DNA of 64,000 bases, from positions 9,285,519-9,349,518 of the forward strand of contig CM082578.2 in the NCBI GenBank assembly GCA_040954595.2, given 5' to 3'. Source of the stretch: Balanoglossus misakiensis. Taxonomy: Eukaryota; Animalia; Hemichordata. The notes beneath the pieces are model-generated. The model saw only the letters and a list, made by a program, of their open reading frames with translations, was not told the origin of the DNA and searched no databases. Below, piece by piece: positions 13,601 to 27,745 of this stretch. Numbering within the stretch: position 1 is the first letter of the stretch; the number at the start of each line of letters is the position of its first letter. The translations under genes and the position numbers were made by a program.

Positions 13601-14924
13601 ATCCGTGATTTGTCTTATTCCGCTGACAACCTCTTAAAATGTAAAAGCTGCAGCGTTAAAGTGAATCTAAAATTCAGTGAAAGCTATAAGCTGTTTCCAA
13701 ACGCAGACGAAACCATCTTAGTGGATTTGCACTGGAAACAGTGGCAAGAGAAGACTCTGTGTAAAAATAGGGTTCTATATCACCGACAATCCACTTGTCA
13801 AAGAAGGCCGAGAGAACGTAACTTTTCTGAACAATCCACTACATTCGGACCCTTTTTCGAGGTCAGACGTGTTATGCTATCAAAGTGTAATATTCTGACA
13901 CGTTATGACACAGCGGTAATGTTATAGTGGTGCAAAAGATCATTTCACATTTCCCCCAAAGCAGGATTTACAAGCAGGAGTGAAATTGAATGTTTTTCTC
14001 TTCTCCCGACCTGCGTTTGTCGCGAGCCGAACAGATGGCGACCGCGGGCAATGGTTATTGATTATGCCACACATGCACGACCTATAAAATCTGCCAGCGA
14101 AAGAACTCTGGTTTGCTGCTCGGAGTTAAGTCCCCATACTAACAGAAAACGTTTTGTTTTTCTGATTCGATATCAGTGATGTTTCGTGCATGGCACATAC
14201 ATGTAGAACCACGTATGTATCCCCCGCGCACTGTACCGTGTGATATTGGCCGATGGAACCGTTGATATCATCAAACGTTTGAACGCATCTCAAGCAGACG
14301 CAACCGGACTCCCAAAACCGCACTCTATGATCTCTTGTTCTTTGTTGCTTTACCATTCCATGCTATTAAATGTTGAGATGCGCGACACACTGACATGTTT
14401 TGCGACACATTTTATGCGGAGGTTAACGTCACAGAATAAGCTTTATACAGTCTTCTTCTACTTTCTATGAAAATGCAGTTTTCGTAAATTGTCGTCAGGA
14501 TCATTCTATTCGTGCTGCAATCATTCGCGTTTTGGAATCAGTTCTCAAAAAGGCTCTTGGTGACGGAATCTCGAAACACCGCGTGACGCCCGTCATATTA
14601 ACGAGAAGCAGCCCTACAAAGCGTGACCATAAATGTCTGCAAGACTAGTACAAAATAGCCTTTGACATACTTTGATTACCCTCGGTGTAATAACTACTGA
14701 ACGCCACCTTGTTAATATTGGACTTCGGTGAACACATCAATAGGTTTGCAATTAGAAATCCCTGCAGCGCCTATATTTTAATTTGCGTCTTAAATATTTC
14801 ACCTCTCGCAACGTTGCACATGATTTGTGTAGTACATAGTATTCTTCAATGAAATCAATTGAATAGAATGACTGATGAAATAGAATTTAAGCAGAAAGGA
14901 TTCACGTTTGACCCAGATAACTCA

Positions 14925-14925
<1 letters not shown>

Positions 14926-14955
<30 letters not shown>

Positions 14956-14956
14956 T

Positions 14957-15026
<70 letters not shown>

Positions 15027-15051
15027 CCCACACTTTCTCTCTCTCTCTCTC
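14926..15051. repeat. (TC)n microsatellite, interrupted
   Basis: Long CT dinucleotide run; it explains the SLSLSL and ERERER ORFs. Confidence 0.98.
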
Positions 15052-15142
15052 AGTACATTTGTAGGTTATAAACAATAATTTCAAACAGATCTACCCTGTC
15101 ACGATAAATCAGCTATGTTAAGCATACATGTAGTATCGGACA

Positions 15143-15440
15143 AATAATTTATACAGCGATATAGCATCCGTCAGCAATGTTCACTGGGGCTTTACCAATA
15201 GATCACAAATAAGCTCTTGTGAAGAAATAAGTCTATGATCTGAATGTACAGATGTTAAAAGCCGATCACATTTGAGCTGGTAATTTGCTTTCCTTGAAAG
15301 ATTATTTGTTCAACTAATAATGGTATAGAGCGCCTAGCATCTATCAACAATGTTCATCGGCGCTTTACAATGGATCACAAGTAAGCTCCCATGAATTAAG
15401 AAATAGGTCTTAGGCTTTGATCTGAAAGTACTAATGTTAT
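15143..15440. repeat. Old tandem duplication, period about 173 bp
   Basis: TAGCATC..CAATGTTCA..GCTTTAC..GATCACAA.TAAGCTC..AAGAAATA.GTCT..TGATCTGAA.GTAC..ATGTTA occurs from 15162 and again from 15335. Confidence 0.8.
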
Positions 15441-15898
15441 GTTATTCTTTTACCCTATACACGTCGTGACTATTGCTGAGAAACAGGGGTTCTGAGTAAC
15501 CGCCTCTCGTTACTTTCTCTATATTGTATTGTAGTCAGATTAATTTGTAGCAACGCGTACGTCTCTGGACGGCTTAGTGCATTGAGAGGTCTGGTGGACT
15601 GGAGACCCAAACAATGGCATGGGGGTCTCACACGCCCCCAAAGGTGAACTATTTGGCTCCGTGGAATATGACACCAATTGAGGCGGCTTGCACCTGTTGT
15701 GATTCGGAGAAAGCCTGAAAGTGAAAGAGGTCTGCGGATCGTCAGTTTGACAACTGGCTCCCTAGTTTGTTTGGAATTTTCATATGCCAGTTTGGAGGAC
15801 ATTTCGATTTGCCAACATGTTCCATCTGCCTTCAGACAAAGTGATTAGAAAGTAGAATGGGGAACATGTATTAAGAGCATAGAACACATGCATTCCTC

Positions 15899-15957
15899 TA
15901 TCTGTCTCCCATCCCCTTTGTCTGTCTGTCTGCCTGCCTGTCTGTCGTCTATCTCTG
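15899..15957. repeat. Degenerate (TCTG)n microsatellite
   Basis: TGTCTGTCTGTCTGCCTGCCTGTCTGTC core. Confidence 0.75.
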
Positions 15958-18900
15958 GTTGGGGAAAACATAACACGTCACAATAGAAAGAGTACATGCT
16001 GAAACCGTTTTCTTAAGTTAGTGATCACTATTCAACGCGAACATTTGCACGGATGCAATATTCTCTCAGGGAAAACGAGAAAGAAGAACGGCAGAGGAAA
16101 GGGATTGCTGTGCATGGGGAAAGAACTTGTATTTGTAGCAATCTGTTTACTCCGCGGAAACAGCCCATCACGCATGGTTCTATACCATTGGTTCTTTGAG
16201 AGCGCTGCAAATGTGCTCGACGAACGGCAGTCAAGTCACGATACACATGGTGAAGACAGGCAACAAAGCACGGACGGATCACATCATAATTATTTGTGTG
16301 CGCTCTTGAAGAACGTGATTTTCTCGCTTGCCTGAAGCTCTGTATAAGACAGACCAGTCCCTCTCAGTCAGTCGGTCGGTCGGCGTGCGCTGCCGAAAGG
16401 TCCCCTTAATTATATAGGTAACTGTTTCTCTTTAATGGTTTAATTACAAATCTACACGCAATGCACAAGTTCTTTTTCGCGTCGCCGAAACTAATTTACG
16501 CGCCAGTGGTTTTCGGATGCAGAGTAATCAACTTAAAATGTGATCCGTAAGTCCCGGTCGGAAAATAAACTTTGGCGGCGATCCGCATTTTCGACTGAAG
16601 TGCGTTTCGAAAAAAAAGTTAATCAGGTGCGCCCAGACACCCAGCTTGTTCACCAATTAAGGTTCTAATAGGACACAAGCCTCTGTAATTACTGGGTTCA
16701 GAAGAACTCTGGCTTTTCAGCGAAAGGTGTTCGCATGCGCGTCACGCCTGTCTTTGTCCTTCTGAGACGACGCTGAGTATATGCCGTTCCTGCATTTTAC
16801 AGACCACCAGAAATGACACAACAGAAATATAATCAAAACCATGAGATTTATAAATGGGGCCTTCAGTTGAACTCAACTGCAAACGACCATACGGTTACCA
16901 TTTTTGATCCCTGCTCGAAAATGAAGTAGCACAAATGATACCATCTGAAAAAGTCATCAATCAAGCTGACTGTCGGTCTGTGTCCTTGCATAGACACGAG
17001 AATATCACCTATTGTGAATATTTCAACGAGACGTTAATGTTTAATCAAAAATATTCCAAACGCAATATATCATATGCTCATGCAGTCATTTCATCCATAG
17101 TACATCGAGTCACAACTTTGAAATTAACGAATTTGTGACGTCATGGTGCTTTCAGACGTTTCAAGTGGTTAACGTCAGTCTGCAGAAATTGGCGACGTTT
17201 GTTGTTAGGGAAATGAAAGCGTCTACGTCGCCTGTTCAGCCATTGTACTTTTCTGGGTTTTAATTCCCCCTGTAGCCTGTACTACTTAACCTGAGCTCCT
17301 TGAAAATCCATTTTGAGATTCTTGCGCAGTTCTCTATTCTCTGTTCGTCGACAGTTTTTCTTGATTTCGTGTGAAATCAGAGGAGAGCAATCAAGAGTCA
17401 TTAGGCAGGCTTTTTTGCGTGATTAGAAATAAATTGCGATACATTTGTAACCATTAGAAATTAATGCAGAGTGATTGCGGAGTTCTACACTTAGCGGGAA
17501 AATGAAAGTGTTGATTTTTTTAGACGGGATACTTAATAGTGAACGGTTTCAGTGCTAGTAATTTTCGAGCTACAATAAACAAAGAATACTTTTTGTTCCT
17601 CAAAATTTTGTCTTCTACGTGCATCGGTAGAAATAGCCTTATTTTAATTTTCCCTCTTTTATTGATAAGCTTACACTTTTAAAATACCTTTCAAATCAAT
17701 TATTAATCAATAGCCGATGAACAAATTCATTATTGCTTCGAATTTCGGATGGGACATAAAAACAGACCTTTTCAAGAATTATACGTTTATGTTAATTATA
17801 GAAGGACAAAGCCCATTGCGGCAAAGAAGTGCTTGACAACACTTAGTCTCTGCATCTGGGTATATTCCACTACCTTAAAGTGTCACTTCTATACAAACTT
17901 TTCTACAAAAGTAATATTTTTATATATATATAAAGTACTCTCAGCAGGAAGAAGCATCGATTACGTGCAGCTGAGAGCCATTTTCTTCAATTTGAAAAAA
18001 ACTCGATTTTGTGACGCAAATAACAAGATATTCGTTTTGTTCATTTAATCTCGTGTTTCGAATGAAATATTAACTTTAATTTAAAACGTAATATCCACTC
18101 CCAAGATTACATTCTTTTGAATGACATAATACCAAAATGAATGTTTGCTTTTAAACGTAACCAATTTCCGGTTTTGACTAAAGTAATCAAAGTAAATTTC
18201 CGATAACCAGCTCCGAATCATGAAAGCATAATTATGGTTTGTGGAGAATTTCGATGAGAAATGTTGTTTAGTACAAATTCGTGCAGGTAACATGCAGTGT
18301 ATCAATTTGACACAAGATATATCACGCTCGTGTACAGCATGTTGTACTTTGGAAAAAATATCGAGAACAAGTCGCAGTGTAACACCCAGTAACTTCGCCG
18401 ATATGATCCAATGTGTCTTTGTACAACCAGAACCTAATTCGTCCTGCCCAGAGCTTGCTTGTCAAGAAAATGGTCCAGACGCAAGTCATTTTTCAACAGT
18501 TTCGCTTACTCACAATACTGTGGCCGGTATATGTGTACATTTCTCCTTCACTAATGTCTCTCTTGTCAAGTTGTCATTTTTACCGTCACTAGTATAGGAA
18601 GAGCATGTTAGTGTTCAATCGTGTTCCTTGGGCAGTTTGCGAGTCCTCTGCGTCATACTACGTTAATTTGCTTATGAATATTTCCGCGGGCCGTCATGAC
18701 GTCATCAAGTCACAGAAAGTAAAGGATGAAAACTTCCTAACTGCAAAATGTTGACGTTTATCTTGTTGTGTACTGGGAAAGGTAATAATGAAATCCAACA
18801 GATGGTGAAAATGACTTGAAATGGCGGATTTGAGGAAAACACAGCAAAAACACCCACACTTCGTTAAACTGAACACAGCTGCAGTGTAAATCGGATTTGC

Positions 18901-21900
18901 TCGCCATTTTGGGGATAACGAAGTCCGTGTATATAAGTCTTGCTGGAGGCTTTAGCAGCGGTGTCGTTTTGCTGTCTATTTGTGATGCTAGTTTCAAACT
19001 AGGGTGGTGTCATATTTTTATGGGATGTAAATTTGCTTGTTAACACACTCTTACAATAAACATACGGCATATTATAGGTGCATGCACACAGTAGCTGGAT
19101 AGATTGTGTCCATATACGTGCCGAGTGCACGTATCCGTATACACCCGGAAAGATATATCAAGAATTCCAATTCTAAATCTGCGGCGCATCCAGATTTATT
19201 GCACCAGATTTGGTGAAACGTTCCACTTCAGTTGGTCATTACCTAATTGACAGCGGGATTCAACCTTGAGACATCCGCATTGTCTTATCAATGGACCTGC
19301 CAATCACATTTTTCAAAGCTCTGGGACTGGCATTGCTGCACCAAACATTGACCACACTAAGCTTTGAATGTACTGACTGAAACCCCGTCAGTTTGTTGTA
19401 GCTGGAAATTGAAATATTTTAATTAATTCTCACAATTGGCTCAATATAACCAGAACTGCTTCACTAAATTTGAAAATTTTGATGATAATTGCTATACATG
19501 TTACACGCCCAGGAAATCGTTAATAGTCACGTTCCAGCTGTACTCTGGTAGAAATTAAACTAATTTTCATCGCACAGCATACTATCAAAATATAGCTTTT
19601 TCTGTTTGTGTGCCTTGTTTGTGGAATGCCTTACCTTCAAACCTTCGGGCAATTGAACCGTATAATAAAAAACTGGGTCGGGTGAAAAACCGTCAGCTGT
19701 CATGCAGCATTGGTTGTTTTCCCTTATGTTCGTTAAGAGCGGATGTGGGGTAAGTATCAGCAATATTTTAAACAACGATAAGTTAAAATAAAACGCGTAC
19801 GGTCGTTACTGTTTGAAACTGAAGTTTTTGTTGAAAGTGCGTCTAAAAATTTCCGCTTCTCAATTTTCTCATTAAAATTTTATAAATTTTATTTTAATGA
19901 ATTTTTGGAGAAGGTTGCCTGACAGACGCTGATTGCCTTCTCAATTTTACTTCCCTGCAGTCTCTTTACGACGTCGATTGCAATGAATTTTCCAACAAAG
20001 ACATTGTTCGCAACCTTTCAAATTCAAAAGAGTTAACACATCTGGAATTTCGTCGGAAGCAAGCAATTTCAGTCTATGATCGTATATCATTGTTATATTT
20101 GTAAGCATATCCTTATCTTGAGAGATCTGCAGACTTGTACCAGCGGTCTCCAAAGACGGTTCAAATAAACATGATTGAGTGGGACGAGTACATCTCAAAA
20201 TCCCCATACAGTGTCCGGTTATTAATATCATTCAAGTCCCACGAATTACTGCATATCTACCTTAATACTCGCAGCAAATTGCCAAGTAATAAACTCAGCC
20301 GATGAATGACTGCAGGTGCAAAAAGTTCACTAAATTAGGGTCGAACCGGGGGCATCCATCAGCCGGGATCCGCGTCCGGGGAGAGATAAATTCTAACCCG
20401 ACATAAACCTGGGAAACATCGTCTCGACGTTATAATATATCGGTTTACCTGTGCAAGATGTAATTCTGGCTACGGATCACCGCCCAGAGCGCGGGAAAAG
20501 TGATATCACGTGAGACCAGGATAAAACCTAGCCCGACGCTTCCCGTCGTCATTTATTTACGAGATTTAATACTCAAACCTGCCGCTTATAATCGGCACCG
20601 GTGGGCCTCAGTTTCTGCCCATAACGATAACAGAACGTTAAATTAGGCACACGGAGACAGGGCCATTTTATCGCAGCGATGGTTAAACGCCTCGATATTG
20701 ATGTGTTTAAAACACATATATTTCATTGTAAATCATCTCGATTAGTAAAGATATCACGCGCTTCAAGTTTTGTAGAGCGAGAGAGCGCTCTGCTTATAAG
20801 GGCGAGAATCTCCCCGATTCCTCCTGTCCGCCATCCGAAATCAACAACAGTTTCTTTAAAAAAAACTATACAGTGGAACCGTTTTTAATTAACTCAAACA
20901 TTAATCGAACGAAATAGTATGCCAAAATGAAACCGAAGAATATCACAAGAAACAGTAATACAACTTTGGATTTCAACTACTCTGCAATATACTCCAAAAT
21001 ATATTTGCGCGCGTCCAAAAATAAGTTGCCACCTCTTTGGCCAAGGAAAAACCACCAAGTACCAACTCCTGGTGATTGGTTCTTCAAATAGAAAGTTTAG
21101 CAGGTGCTGCAGGTAATGGGTAATGTGACGTGTGTATTATTCAAGACGTTGTGACGTATCATGGCTTAAGCGATTTCGCAAAACTTTGCAGGTGTAATTT
21201 ACTATGCACTGCTACAGTTTATCGACAGGCTGTTAAAAGTTACTACATTTTGTACAACCGCCAGGCTTTCACGCCACAGAACCGTGTAATCTGATGAGAG
21301 ATTCAATCATTGTGTGCAATTCTCAGTCGGGAGATTACCACCCTGATAAGGATTAAGATTAAGGGGTCAGTAAAATTGATATTTAGAATGTAAAATATTA
21401 ATCGTCGACACGTAAAGCAAACACTAAGCCTGCACGAGCCAAATTTATTCCAGGTGTCGCGCTAATTGTATATGCATCAACAGCTTACATCAATGGTTAA
21501 TATCTGTGTTGTGTTTATAACTGGCTATCGGAGCTTAGACATTTACTTAGAAAGTGCGTATTAAAGTATTTTTAGTAGTGAGATAGCACCGCACTACAAG
21601 CAAATCATAGTAAATGTCTTTCATTATGTTTATTTGTCAGAAATTGCGTTGCTCAATTCCAGCTGACTGTAATAATGTGATATTTGAATAGACACTATGA
21701 CGTGAATATGGACGAGATGGAATCCATCGTTCTGCCCGAATGTCTGTTGGTCTACATGTATATGAAAAATAGGCTGTTTTGGTGGTTGTGGTGGTAATTC
21801 GGAAACTAGAAAAACATCGTGTTCTGCAAATTTGTCAAATGTACAAAAGTTTGGAAATTGCGCTGGAGGAACGCATCAAAATAATAAAACCCGGCAGTAT

Positions 21901-23257
21901 GACGTCATTCTCAACACTGCGACCGCCGAAATTGTTTCCATTATAAACTCTGCCTGGACGAAGATATGCACACAGGCTGTACATGTAGGACAAAGTGAAC
22001 GTAGCAAATTTCCTCTCAGTCCGTCGATCGCACGGATAGGTAATCACTGTATTCCATCTGCATCATTTGGTTGAACATGGATCCGACATCAGACGTAACG
22101 TGATCTTTAAATAAGGACCGCTGGAAGCCTCATGTCTGCACATGATCAGTAAAGCCCTTAATGCATCAAGCAATCGTTGACAGCGCGTCATCATCTCCCT
22201 CGAAAAGGTCCCGCCCTTGACGTAATCTATTGGAAAATTGATTGCCATACTTCGATTCGAAATACGATACATGTAGATTGAACTCGGTTGGGGAATGAAT
22301 TATCTCGGCGTTTGTCTGTCATGTTTAAGAGTTACTATGAATTTACTGCTTTAAAGGCACTATCCGGGTGCCTGCAGGACACGTTTGACGCACCTGGGTC
22401 TATAGCCCTACATGTATTTATTACTGACGACGAAGACAACATCAACGATGTACTTCAGTATGAACTTCCATGCCCTTGTTTGGCTAGAGTACCTCCATGG
22501 TTTTACTTAGTGGACCCAATCATCCTAATGCCCTCATTTGCACAGCATGATTTCCAATTTGAATTGCTGAGATCTCTTTCCTGTACAGCAGCTCTTTACA
22601 GGTCTGGCAGTAAAGGTCATTACTAAAAAACCCGAGTTTGAACTTCCGTTCTACGGTCAACCGGGAATTCAGTATACAAAAGATAGCATTTCACCGTAAT
22701 CTGGTTCCATTGGCGCGTCAGATCTTAGCGAGCGATAAGACCCGCCGCCAAGTGAAGTCAAGTCGATGTGTTCGCAAAGCGGAACGAGCGGACGGATCTG
22801 TTTTGCTTCATCAGCCGAGCTTTTTTCAGGGTGGTTGCTGAAACGGGGTCTTGTTTGTGCAGTCACCCTCGATCTTATTTTCTACGTCAACTGCGTGTGA
22901 AGATACGGTCGACAGATAAATGAGCGTTCTGTTAAAAGGCGAATTCGCTGTCAATCATTTTGTTCTTCCGACGATCTGCATTGCCAACCCTTGGCATACT
23001 CGGGCGGCATCTACGTTGACGGACGACGAACATCTTGTCGGGGTAATTTTCACAGCACTCACTGTTATCAAGCTTCAGTCAAGGTGAAGTAACGGTTTCT
23101 TGGCGCGCTGTGGGGAGTTTAAAAACATCAGTAATTTCAGAGAAGGAATCGAGCAGTTTACAGTTAATGTTGCCGAGTATGTCCATTCTTTCCCTGCATG
23201 TGCCCCAAACCAAGTGTTATACACCTATAATAAGCGTCGTGATGAACTCAGTCCCCT

Positions 23258-23373
23258 CTCCCAATTGTTATTCTCAATTTGGTGAGATGGAGAATAATCT
23301 AAAGTAGCTTTGAGCAAAATATGAGGAAAATTACGGTTTAAAACTTTCGTTTTCGAGGCGCATTCTACCTTAA
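23258..23373. mobile_element. Terminal fragment of the same dispersed repeat family as 1404-1755
   Basis: 34/36 identity with 1691-1726; ends in CGAGGCGCATTCTACC-TTAA. Confidence 0.6.
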
Positions 23374-25484
23374 TACACGCTGTTGGAGAATTCTGCGTCA
23401 TTCGCCGAGAGCAGAACACGGATGAAATGTACTGATCAAGCGGAATTGGGCCATCCTCACCGCACGATCATTTTAAGGAAAGGGTCACGTCTCAGACAAA
23501 GGGGCCGCTTTCTCACCGTGTGGTGCTAGCGCAACACAAATAATCGAACATAAATTTGAATAGTGGAAAGAAAAATAACACAGCTGAAAAAAAATCCGAG
23601 AATTCAGATAAGGGCGTTGGAGCCTTATAAATGTCTCATGCGTTGGCGATAAAGAGAGAAAAATAAGTGGTTGGATATCAAGAAGTTCCATTGAAAATCG
23701 TGCAGCATTATCGCTGAATGTAGTAGAATGATTACATGTTCATTGTACAATGGTCCATTTCTTTAGTATACAGAAATTGCAGATTATCAATACGGCAATT
23801 TCCATAAGCACCAAGTACATGTACTTAGGGGGCCTAAACTCAAGAAATGTCCCTAGTACAAGGTTGTTGATACAATTGTTCCCAGTGTCACTCGAACACA
23901 CACCAATGCAACTTGATCACGTCAACGTATTCTGTCTACATGCGTGTTCACAAACGAGAATGCAAAGTATAAACAAGCGTGTTACCACCACGTGTGTTTT
24001 TTTGCAATTTAATTCTTGATGAGTAAGAACTTCAGCCATTTTCACACATTTTGCATTTGTTTCGCGCATGACATTTTGAAAGAGTCCCGTCCTTGCCCAT
24101 GTGCTGCCTCCTCCATATTTAGTCAATATCGGCGTTCAACTTGCAACGACAATATGAAGTTTCTCAGAGAGTCAGACGATTACTACTGGGGTTCTAAAAC
24201 TTCCGAAACTGTGCAATTGAACCCGCATGTGGTCAATGTCTCCTGCTGAACTTTGATAAATATGCAAATTGTTTTTGCTGAATATGCAAATGTCCCATTT
24301 GTCTGCATGGGTTATGAATTGAAATAATATATTAACATCTTTAGAAGTATCGATATCTGCCTGTTTCCACTGCACAATGAAGTTGCCTTCTCTGTAGTGC
24401 TAGTGATTTAATTTGTGAATTGGGGCACGATTGAGAAAATGTCTGTATCCCAAAAATCGCATTTTTTTTATTCCATGCTGTTGTGCGGCATTCAACTAGA
24501 TAATAAACGAGAGTCAATTTACTTTTATTGTTACGTGATTTATTCCGCCGTGGGCATCGTTGCGGAGCACGGACAAGTGTTTGGAATGAAAAAGTGGATT
24601 GGTGCACGTGATTAGGTCGACAGTCGCTTGATGTAACACGGGCTGTGCTTTAAATCTTAATTCAATTTTGCTCGGCGAACTCAATTAGCAAAACCGCTTG
24701 CCTAAAACCACTGTAATGATGGGTTGATGACGCAAAACGGGGACATGTACACTGAATGCGCTGCGAGCAATATCAATTGCATCTGATACTCTGTCAATGG
24801 TACTGATGAAAACGAGATCCTTACACGTACGTAGTACAAGACCCATGTGTACATGTACGTGTACATATACTATAAGATGAGGTTTGAGATTGTAATGTAC
24901 ATTTTAATTTAATGTAATGTTTGTTTCAATATTTTACATTAAAGCCATAGTAATTCTAACTTTAAACCATTCTTCCTTCGGAAATTGCCTTTTACCCTAC
25001 ACATTCCTGTTGTGGAATGTTGTTCAATGAAGAATTAAAGCAAGATTTGTGTAGCTGTACCGACATACACGTTCGACATATTGCCGGTACTACCAAAATT
25101 CATTCTTCATTCGATATCAAACTATACGTTTGTGGGCCGAGCTGGGCATGCGTACTATGCGATGGCGCAAAGTTAGCTGTACTGTGGCTTTGAATAGAAA
25201 TGTACAAATCAGAAAATATTGCATTTGATTCAAATGATAACAATCCGTCATTGGAATGACGAAGAATGCAACTTTTATATGCACGACAATTCTAAAAGAT
25301 GTATAGATTAATAAACGTCGCTTCTCCATGTAATTGTTTTATTCTATTTGTAAAGTTTAAGTCAGATGTATTTTGCGATACTGTGATTACTTTATAGATA
25401 CTAGCGACTTGAGCACTTTTGTGCTGACTGACGAGCATAAGTTATGACGTCACTGGAAAAGTGATTAGTTGGAGGGTCATAAGC

Positions 25485-25540
25485 AGGTTAAATATCTAGA
25501 TGTAGGTTAAAAAGATATAGATGAGGTTAAATATTAAATG
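25485..25540. repeat. Short degenerate minisatellite (about 19-20 bp x3)
   Basis: AGGTTAAA...ATG units start at 25485, 25504 and 25524. Confidence 0.6.
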
Positions 25541-27597
25541 GGATTGTGAATATTGCGACTGTTTTCGGAAGAAAGGGTTGGAATGGGAGAAGCAGATTAA
25601 ATATTTGTGTTTATCTGAAAATGTAGCATCGCGACATACCTTATAGTCCGTGAACTTGTTTCTAGTACGTGATTAAAAGTTTTTTCTCAAATGTATTGGC
25701 GATTGTTTGTGTGAAACCGCGTGTGTGACCGAGAAAAATCTGGGTGCTGGGTTGCCTTCAGCTATCTTTTGCGCAGACTCCACTACGACGCGCTCCTAAT
25801 GAACTACAACGAGGCCTTGCGAACATCTTTGTTTTTGTTCGGCCGACATGAACGCTGAATTATATTTTTCCTGCCTGCAGATGCATTAGTGCGGTTAGAA
25901 ATTTGCAATTTTCCGTCAGTCCTCGGGGAAGATGGAAAGGTGTTGCTTTCCTCCACAATGCGTACATCCCTAATGACTTTGCCTCCAAGGTGAGGTCTCC
26001 CAATCACACAGTAGTTGAAGTAGGAAGTTCATCCGTGGAGATGAAGATTTTGATATGAAAAGATACCAACTTAAGGAGTGCCGTAAAATAAATCGATAAT
26101 ACTCTTGGAAGGGAACATGAGATTTTAGCAGTCGCCACTCCTTCAGTTTCTAAAGTTCTGTATACAGACTTCCCCATTTATAGAGGCGCTACACACAAGA
26201 TGGCACGTTCACCGCACGGTTATGTATGAAACTGGGGCACTTCAAATATAGATATGTGTGCAAGTATTGTTATCCACGTTGTGCATGGTTCATTATTGTG
26301 GGAAACCCAATTGTGAGTTTGCTTTGTAGATGATATACCGATAAGAATTCGCTCCGATATCACTTGCTGAGTGCTGACGTGCTGAACAAGACGTATGAAC
26401 CTTGCGCATCGAAGACGTATCATCAATCGGTCAAAGTGCCGTGTTTAACAGGCAATTAAGAAACTTGCACGTTTCAAACAATCACCTGACTTTGACCAGG
26501 TTTGTTTTGACAAAACGTATACGTCATTTTTGAGCCGCCCATAGCTATGGAGGTGCATGGTGGAGAGCAGTAAGTGGAATGCATTCAGTCCGCTACCGGA
26601 TGAGATAAATGTATGGTTTTGTGGTCTTTTGTACATGTGTCGACAGAAAATGCAGGAGACAGCAAACGCGTATTAAGTGCAAAATAATAAAGGGCATGTG
26701 TGCAGCGCAGAGCCTTGGGGTGCGCTGTTTCTCAGTATTCATATTTTGAGATACTCTCTCTCCAACGTATAGATGCGGAACGCCCCTTCCACTCGAGCTC
26801 CGATGAAAACCACTGCCACAATGAAGGAATCATCCCACTACCCTCTTGTGACTGCGCACCACGATAAGAATGAGATGTCGAAAGCAGCTGGCACGACTAA
26901 CCCGTATCTAGTACCCATTGACCCGTTCCGAGTGCCATGCGTGTATATACATGTACGTCATTGCTAAATTTCAAGGGTGCCGCTCGTGTGCTTTGAGGTT
27001 TCCTATGTATATGACGGTTCCGCAGAAGAGGTTCCACAATGAACCGGTCGTGAATGGCGAGAGCAGAGGCGGCGATGACGAACAACGAGTCTTTGATGAC
27101 GTAGCTTGAAACATATGTTTGGATCATAGAAAAACAAGTATCATCTCTATTTAGGATGAAATGCAGTGGTCGACCTATTTTTTGAATAACAAGAATATAG
27201 ATCTCGGTGCTTAAGCGGAAGAGTCTTATTTCGTTGATCTATACTGGACTTTTCAGCGAGATCGACCAGGCATGGGTGTACTGTCTATTGATAATGTTAT
27301 ATACTACGGGGAGTCACTTGAATGATTATTGCCACAAAGCACCATTCAGCCAATTGGATACACCGACACAGAAAGAGCTTGGTAGTGAGGAAACAAAAGA
27401 GAATCGAAAAGACAATTTCTGATAAGCTCACCTAGTCATAAATCGGCACATTCACCAGGAAATCAAAAAAGTAAACGATAAAGGGGGATGTATTTTATCG
27501 CAGGTTGGCGATCTCCCATATTGCAATATAAAAGGACGGAATTTAATGCGTATCTCTCCCGAAAAACACCATTCCGCGGTGATTTCGAGGAGTTACA

Positions 27598-27664
27598 ACA
27601 TTACCAAATTTGGTTCAAATCAGACCAGCCGCTCTTGTGATACTAACGTCACAGACAGACAGTC

Positions 27665-27698
<34 letters not shown>

Positions 27699-27745
27699 CT
27701 AAACTGTACACAGATCGTACGTTTATCTCTGCTCAATAATTAACA
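27598..27745 (+). mobile_element. HINE/DINE-1-like (Helentron-associated) relic with (ACAG)n; boundaries approximate
   Basis: TACCAAATTTGGTTCAAATCAGACCAGCCG is followed about 20 bp later by (ACAG)n at 27651-27697, the core-plus-microsatellite layout typical of these elements. Confidence 0.55.

Noticed and set aside
13535-13927. 130-aa ORF (likewise 22288-22626, 53762-54157, 59662-60039)
   Set aside because: No recognisable domain or coding-like composition; lengths are within chance expectation for this much sequence.
14859-15084. SL-repeat and ER-repeat ORFs
   Set aside because: Translations of the (TC)n microsatellite.
19114-19198. Two 8-bp-stem hairpins as a Helitron 3' end or terminator
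   Set aside because: No CTRR terminus at the expected distance, and short stems are expected by chance.
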